A stretch of DNA of 31,761 bases from an uncultured delta proteobacterium (GTDB lineage Bacteria > Desulfobacterota > RBG-13-43-22), in assembly GCA_963711835.1 (NCBI GenBank), contig CAVQFQ010000026.1:1-31761 (forward strand), given 5' to 3'. Below the pieces are notes generated by a model. That model was not told the DNA's origin and ran no database searches. It worked only from the letters and a program-made list of their open reading frames with translations. Position 1 is the first letter of the stretch. Each line of letters opens with the position of its first letter. Below, one piece after another: positions 26,470-31,761 of this stretch. The position numbers and the translations under genes were made by a program.

Positions 26470-26789
26470 GGTATCGTTCAAAAGTTTTGGCATTGGCGCA
26501 TTATTGCCTGACAGGGGACCGGGGGTCTTGATTTCAAGGTTGTCCATCCTAAACGCCTCACCTTGAAATCCCGCTTTTAGCGGGACTGGAAGGGTGACGT
26601 TACTGCCTTAAGCAGGCCATCCCCAAAGCTGTTGGTTCGGTTGGGTGAATGCCCGGCTCTAAAACAATCTTAGAAATTTGGGCCGGATTGGTGGGAAGGA
26701 TCACCCTTTGGACAAGCCTTGAAATCAAGACCCCCGGTCCCCTTCCATCGGGTATCAGAAATATAATGTAACAACTTTTGAACGATACC
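26470..26789. mobile_element. 320-bp MITE with 17-bp perfect TIRs and the same structured cargo as 21378-21709
   Basis: GGTATCGTTCAAAAGTT / AACTTTTGAACGATACC; flanks AGCTATTA / AACTTTTA (6/8); inner IR module 26513-26743. Confidence 0.85.
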
Positions 26790-26810
26790 AACTTTTAAGC
26801 CTATGAGGGA

Positions 26811-27749
26811 TTAAGACCGGACCTGGCCGTAACAGCTTTTCTCGGGCGGGATGCCCCGTTTCTCCAAAGAGATGGACAGGGAGTGGTAATCCCCTTTTTC
26901 CCGGCGGTGGATGGCTATCATAAACCGTAAAAGGTCCAGAGAAAAAATTCCTCCCAAGGCCATCTCGGTCAGCAGTTCCAGGGCTGCCCGCGGGTCAAAG
27001 GCGCGGCTGCGATAGGGGCGGGGAGAGATCAAGGCGTCATAGACGTCGCAGATGGCAATCATTTCCACGGTCCGATTGGCCAAAGGAAAGCTAAAGGGAT
27101 ATCCGGAACCGTCCACCCTTTCGTGATGCTCTAAGGCTACTTTGGGGCCGAGGGGTTCTTTGGATCCCTGGTGGTAATAAAGGAATACGGCCCCGGCAAA
27201 GACATGGTGCTTAATGCAGCGCAGCTCCTCCCAGTTTAAATAGGTTTTTTTTTGGAGCGTTTCCAAGGGGATGGCCAGCTTGCCGATATCGTGCAGGGGA
27301 CCTAAGGAAGCGATTTTAATTTTTCCTTCCCTGGGCCCGATAAGCTCGAGGGCCATATGGGAGGTAAGTAAAAAGACATGAAGAGAATGCCAGTAGGTGT
27401 AGGGATCCTTTTCCTGAAAGTAGTTTAAGGCCTCGATGACGAAAGGGCAGAGCCGGGTTTCTCCCATTACCTTCTTCAGCCGGTCTTGCACCGGTTTGGC
27501 CTGGAAGATATGGGAGTAAGGGGGATCATTTAAGGTCTGCTTTAAATCCCGCTGCAACGAGGAGATGGTATTCATGGCAATAAAAGGTTTTGGGGTTGGA
27601 TTGAACGACTGAAGATGGTTCAGAAATTCATTGGAAAAAATCGCGCCCTTTTCAGCCAGCAGAGACCCATCGAGATCTTTTATGTCCATACCCAGCGTCA
27701 TGGGTCTGGGGATTCCGATGGATTCATCTTGTTCGTAGGTCATCGTCAT
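26811..27749 (-). CDS. HD-GYP domain protein (putative cyclic-dinucleotide phosphodiesterase)
   Basis: YTYWHS, LHDIGKL.IP, HHERVDGSGYP and DVYDAL.S.RPYR motifs. Confidence 0.9.
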   Translation of the reverse strand: MTMTYEQDESIGIPRPMTLGMDIKDLDGSLLAEKGAIFSNEFLNHLQSFNPTPKPFIAMNTISSLQRDLKQTLNDPPYSHIFQAKPVQDRLKKVMGETRLCPFVIEALNYFQEKDPYTYWHSLHVFLLTSHMALELIGPREGKIKIASLGPLHDIGKLAIPLETLQKKTYLNWEELRCIKHHVFAGAVFLYYHQGSKEPLGPKVALEHHERVDGSGYPFSFPLANRTVEMIAICDVYDALISPRPYRSRAFDPRAALELLTEMALGGIFSLDLLRFMIAIHRREKGDYHSLSISLEKRGIPPEKSCYGQVRS

Positions 27750-27922
27750 CCTTTTGCTCCTTTCCCGATTTTTCCTTCGTTTCGAAATATTTTATTACGG
27801 CCTTTTCGACTTTCCTCCCTATCATGGTTTCCTATAATCTTAGGGTGCTTTGCCTGAACTGTAAAGCGGAATATTCTCCTTGAAAAAAGACCCTGGTTGC
27901 TTTATACGAAGACTATAAGTTA

Positions 27923-28042
27923 GGGATAGTCCCAAAGTTACGTGATTATCAAACCGAAGGAGTAGCCTCTTATAATATTAAATCACCCCGAAGCCCTCTA
28001 TGAATGGGTAGCTTGATAATCACGTAACTTTGGGACAAACTC
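27923..28042. mobile_element. 120-bp MITE, internally deleted relative of 21378-21709
   Basis: Perfect 24-bp IR at 27929-27952 / 28013-28036; interior aligns with both ends of the 332-bp copy; flanks ATAAGTTA / ATAAATAA (6/8). Confidence 0.87.
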
Positions 28043-28064
28043 ATAAATAACGAGGAAGACGACT

Positions 28065-29411
28065 ATGACTCCGGTCAATTTCCGTAAGACCTCCCGCTAT
28101 TGGAACCCCCTCATGGAGACCCTCCCTTGCGAGCTGCTCCAAAAACTTCAGCTTAAAAAATTTAAAAAATTGGTCGACTACGCTTACACCCATTCCCGGT
28201 TCCATCGCCGCATCTACCAGGAAGCCGGTTTTGAGCCGGGGGATATCAAGACCTATACCGATATCCGGAAGGTTCCCAAGGTGGAAAAGTCCATGATGAG
28301 GGGGATCCAGCGCAAGGACCCCTTTCCCTATGGAGACGCCCTGTGCGTCCCTTTGGAAGAGGTCACCGAATTCAGACAAACCAGCGGGACAACCGGGCAA
28401 CCGGTGTATCAGGCTGATACCTGGCAGGACTGGGAGTGGTGGGCCGAGGCCTGGTCAACCATCCTCTATGCCCAGGGGTTTCGTAAGACCGACCGGGTAT
28501 TTATTCCCTTTGGCTATAACGTCTTTGTTGCTTTCTGGGCGGGCCATTATGCCGCCGAGAAGATCGGCTGCGAAGTGGTTCCCGGAGGGGTTCTGGATAC
28601 CTCGGCCCGGATATTAAAAATCCAGGAACTGAGAGCCACGGCCCTGATGGCCACCCCCAGCTATGTACTGACCATGGCCGATACGGCCCGGAATAAAATG
28701 GGAATCGACCCGGCCAGGGATCTCACCATCAGGCGCATCGTCTGCGCCGGCGAACCGGGGGCCGGCATCCCCGGCACCCGCAAAAGGATGGAGGAAGCCT
28801 GGGGGGCTAAGGTCTTCGATCATGTGGGGGCTACCGAGATCGGGGCCTGGGGATTTGAGTGTCAGGAACAGGCCGGATTGCATATCAACGAAGCCCTGTT
28901 TTTGGTGGAAGTGGAAGACCTGGTCACCGGCGAACCCATCACCGAACCGGGTAAAAAAGGAAAGATGGTCATCACGGCCTTGGACCGTTTGGCTCAACCC
29001 TGCATCCGGTTTGATTCCAAGGATTTGGTGGAATGGGCGGAGGAACCTTGTGCCTGCGGCCGGACTTTCCGGTCGTTTAAAGGGGGCGTCTCGGGACGGG
29101 CGGATGATATCACCAAGGTCAAGGGAGTTCTGCTCTCGCCTTCGGCCATTGAAGAGGTAGTACGGAGTTTTCCGGAACTGGCCGATGAATACGCGGTTAT
29201 TGTTACCAAGAAAGGCGATACCGATGAGATAAGCTTGAAAATAGAACTCCTGCCGGGTCAGGAAGCTAAGCAAAAGGCCATCCAGGAACGGTTGAAAGAT
29301 CAATTAAGGCTGAAAACCAATCTGAATTACCAATTGGAATTCCATGCTTTTCAAAGCCTGCCCCGCCCGGAGGGTAAGGCCCGGCGGTTTAAGGATCTGA
29401 GAAAACATTGA
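28065..29411 (+). CDS. Phenylacetate-CoA ligase family protein (PaaK-like)
   Basis: QTSGTTGQP, ATPSY, AGEPG, DHVGATEIG, GRADDITKVKGV and KARRFKDLR motifs. Confidence 0.9.
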   Translation: MTPVNFRKTSRYWNPLMETLPCELLQKLQLKKFKKLVDYAYTHSRFHRRIYQEAGFEPGDIKTYTDIRKVPKVEKSMMRGIQRKDPFPYGDALCVPLEEVTEFRQTSGTTGQPVYQADTWQDWEWWAEAWSTILYAQGFRKTDRVFIPFGYNVFVAFWAGHYAAEKIGCEVVPGGVLDTSARILKIQELRATALMATPSYVLTMADTARNKMGIDPARDLTIRRIVCAGEPGAGIPGTRKRMEEAWGAKVFDHVGATEIGAWGFECQEQAGLHINEALFLVEVEDLVTGEPITEPGKKGKMVITALDRLAQPCIRFDSKDLVEWAEEPCACGRTFRSFKGGVSGRADDITKVKGVLLSPSAIEEVVRSFPELADEYAVIVTKKGDTDEISLKIELLPGQEAKQKAIQERLKDQLRLKTNLNYQLEFHAFQSLPRPEGKARRFKDLRKH

Positions 29412-29415
29412 GACA

Positions 29416-29543
29416 GATACTAGATACTGGATGCTTGATACTGGATTGAACAAAACCGTCCTCTTTTACACAAGAATTGGCCAGTATCTTATAACAGGGT
29501 TAAAGTTCGATCGGCTTTCATCCAGTATCCAGTATCGAGTATC
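29416..29543. repeat. Inverted heptamer arrays (GATACTG)n ... (CAGTATC)n, second locus
   Basis: GATACTAGATACTGGATGCTTGATACTGGAT ... ATCCAGTATCCAGTATCGAGTATC. Confidence 0.85.
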
Positions 29544-29576
29544 AGGCAAACTTCATCCGTCAAACAGGAGCAGATA

Positions 29577-29768
29577 ATGAAACAAAGCGACTATGATCAC
29601 CTTAAAAAAATCGACCAACAGATTCAAACCATAAAAAAAGCGGCCCTACGATTGAAAAAAATATCCGGGGGAGTGCAGGCCATTGATTGCAACGCCGCCC
29701 GCATCCTGGCCAGCACCAAGATGCTGGAAATCAACTTCAGCGACGTCTTGGGTATATTGGGAAAATGA
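29577..29768 (+). CDS. Small hypothetical protein (63 aa)
   Basis: AGGAG RBS; helical-looking sequence; ATGA overlap with the next gene. Confidence 0.7.
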   Translation: MKQSDYDHLKKIDQQIQTIKKAALRLKKISGGVQAIDCNAARILASTKMLEINFSDVLGILGK

Positions 29769-30322
29769 AACCGGCGATTATTGTGGTTGATATGCTTCAG
29801 GATAATTTCAGGGATGAACATCACCTGCCCATTACCTCCAACGCCCGGGCGATTATCCCCGGCATCAACGATCTCTTGAAAGAGGCACGGCGGCGCGGCT
29901 TTCCTGTGATCTTTTCCTGCGACAGCTTTTTGCCGAACGACTTTATCTTTCAGGGGAAAATGAAACCCCATTCCCTTAGGGGTACTCCCGGCGCCGAGGT
30001 AGTGAAAGATTTGATCCAGGAACCAACTGACATTCTTGTCCCTAAAAGACGTTTCAGCGCCTTTTTCAAGACCGACCTCGATATGACCCTGCGGGGGCTC
30101 CAGGTGGACACCGTAGCGGTGGCAGGAATTGTTACCCACATCTGCGTCCTGGCTACAGCCATGGACGCCCTCTGCAATGACCTAAAGACCATCATCCTTG
30201 AGGACTGCTGCGCCGCCCCCACCCCGGAGATCCACCAGCGGACCCTGGACAACTACCGCCGCAATCCCCTTTATCCCCTTATGCGCATTATGACTGCCGA
30301 AGAGTTTATGAAGGAGTGGTAA
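29765..30322 (+). CDS. Isochorismatase/nicotinamidase family cysteine hydrolase
   Basis: AIIVVDMLQD, KRRFSAFF.TDL and GIVTHICVLAT (Asp-Lys-Cys triad); true start ATG 29765. Confidence 0.92.
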   Translation: MKPAIIVVDMLQDNFRDEHHLPITSNARAIIPGINDLLKEARRRGFPVIFSCDSFLPNDFIFQGKMKPHSLRGTPGAEVVKDLIQEPTDILVPKRRFSAFFKTDLDMTLRGLQVDTVAVAGIVTHICVLATAMDALCNDLKTIILEDCCAAPTPEIHQRTLDNYRRNPLYPLMRIMTAEEFMKEW

Positions 30323-30371
30323 GAGTATCCCAACTCAGACTGTTTCAGCCAATGATTGACAAGACTCCCCG

Positions 30372-31112
30372 ATGAAAATCACCTTCTTAGGTACGAATGG
30401 CTGGTATGACACGGAAACCGGGGATACCGTTTGTGTCCTGGTCGAAACCGAAACGGAATATCTGATCCTCGATGCCGGCAATGGCTTTTATAAGATTGAC
30501 CGACACATCACCACCCGCAAGCCGATCCATCTTTTTTTAAGCCATTTTCATCTGGATCATATCGTCGGCCTGCACATTTTAAATAAATTCCACTTTCCTC
30601 AAGGGATCGATATTTATGGCGTTAGGGGCTTAAAAAAATATTTGACAGCCATAATCCGCCAGCCTTTTACGGCCCCTTTTAAGGCCCTTAAGACTCCGGT
30701 CAGGCTTCATGAACTCCAGCCCAAGATGTCCCTGCCCTTCCCGGTTACTTATAAAAAACTGCTCCATGCGTCCCCCTGCTATGGATACCGATTTAAATTG
30801 GAAAATAAGACAATCGCCTTTTGTACCGATACCGGGATATGCAAAAACCTGTATCTGCTGGCCAGGGAAGCGGATCTGCTGATCGCCGAATGCGGCTATT
30901 TGAGCGGGCAATCAAAACCGGGCTGGCCCCATCTTAATCCCGAAAGCGCCGCCCAGGTGGCCAAGGAGGCCAAGGCAAAGAAGCTGGTTCTCCTTCATTT
31001 CGATGCCAGCCTTTATAAAACCCTTCAGCACCGGGCCAAGGCCGAGCGAGTGGCCAGGAAGATATTCCCAAAAACCCAGGCCGCTAGGGATAATCTACGA
31101 ATCATCCTTTAA
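30372..31112 (+). CDS. MBL-fold metallohydrolase (RNase Z-like)
   Basis: MKITFLGTNG, LILDAGNG, SHFHLDH, FCTDT, DLLIAEC and LVLLHF motifs. Confidence 0.88.
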   Translation: MKITFLGTNGWYDTETGDTVCVLVETETEYLILDAGNGFYKIDRHITTRKPIHLFLSHFHLDHIVGLHILNKFHFPQGIDIYGVRGLKKYLTAIIRQPFTAPFKALKTPVRLHELQPKMSLPFPVTYKKLLHASPCYGYRFKLENKTIAFCTDTGICKNLYLLAREADLLIAECGYLSGQSKPGWPHLNPESAAQVAKEAKAKKLVLLHFDASLYKTLQHRAKAERVARKIFPKTQAARDNLRIIL

Positions 31113-31236
31113 AATCAATCCGCTTCTTCCACCTGGAAAGCATTTTTATCAACGGAGGGAAAAGGGGATTCCTGGTGGAAATTTCCCCCCAGGACCTGAA
31201 AAAAGTCTTGCTTATTAAAGAAGTGGAGGCAGCTCT

Positions 31237-31751
31237 TTAGTCAAATCTCTTGAGGATTGCCTCTTCGAGGGGTTTGCGGCTGGTGCGGGATTCGCGCTCT
31301 TTTTCTTTAGGATGCCCGATAGCCAGGACGGCCATCAGTTCGTATCTTTTTTTCAGCCCCAGGTGTTTGCGGACCGCTTCCTTATTTTTTAGAATCTCGC
31401 CCAGCCAGACGGCTCCCAACCCCAAAGCTTGGGCCGCCAGGAGCATGTTCTCCAGGCAGGCCCCGATGGCCTGGTGGTCTTTAAGCGTATCATAGACGTT
31501 TTGGCGGTCGATGAAGACAGGGATGATAACCGGGGCATGGGCCACGATAGAGCCATAATGGGTCTCTCCGGCAATGACCATTCGGGTATCCTTGTCCTTG
31601 ACAATGACAAAGCACCAGGGCTGATTGTTTTTCCCGAGGGGGCGCGCTGCCCCGCCCGCAAAACGGCTTCTATTATTTCATCGGCTACCGGTTCATCGGT
31701 GAAACTGCGGATGCTTTTTCTTTTTAAAATCGCTTCATAGGCTTCCGGCAT
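31237..31751 (-). CDS. Nitroreductase family protein with a single-base frameshift near 31630 (likely sequencing error)
   Basis: RKSIRSF...APSGK in one frame continues as NNQPWCFVIV...IGACLENMLLAAQALGLGAVWLG...RKPLEE in the -1 frame, at GGGAAAAAC. Confidence 0.85.
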
Positions 31752-31761
31752 TTTTCCTGAG

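Noticed and set aside
27750-27920. c-di-GMP riboswitch upstream of the HD-GYP gene
   Set aside because: GGCAAAG is present, but I could not build the GEMM P1/P2 tetraloop-receptor structure.
29687-29764. N-terminal extension of the isochorismatase ORF
   Set aside because: It overlaps the 63-aa gene; family homology begins at ATG 29765.

Overview
The window looks like chromosomal DNA from an anaerobic bacterium; the gene set suggests Desulfobacterota/deltaproteobacteria (inference). It carries about 25 metabolic and housekeeping genes: YceI, a 2-hydroxyacyl-CoA dehydratase/Bcr-type pair, fdhE-modE-like-ahbB-hemL, two secreted beta-propeller proteins, an acyl-CoA synthetase, YajD, ABC-F, arfB, an RND pair, a methyltransferase, archease-rtcB, an MFS-spermidine synthase fusion, HD-GYP, a PaaK-like ligase, an isochorismatase, an MBL hydrolase and a nitroreductase. 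The top finding is rtcB. The ORF track splits it in two, but it is one reading frame (21773..23221, minus strand) with a single in-frame TGA exactly at the metal-binding Cys of the G-Y-D-I-N-C-G motif, followed by a SECIS-like hairpin, making it a candidate selenocysteine RNA ligase. The intergenic DNA is dense in small non-autonomous elements. These include MITEs with 8-bp target duplications, a ~220-bp structured module with compensatory changes carried inside two different MITE shells, a 122-bp leader duplicated upstream of two unrelated genes, REP-like hairpins and inverted heptamer arrays. Two genes are frameshifted, probably through sequencing error, which is a caveat for single-base claims. 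No tRNA, rRNA, CRISPR array or transposase was seen.
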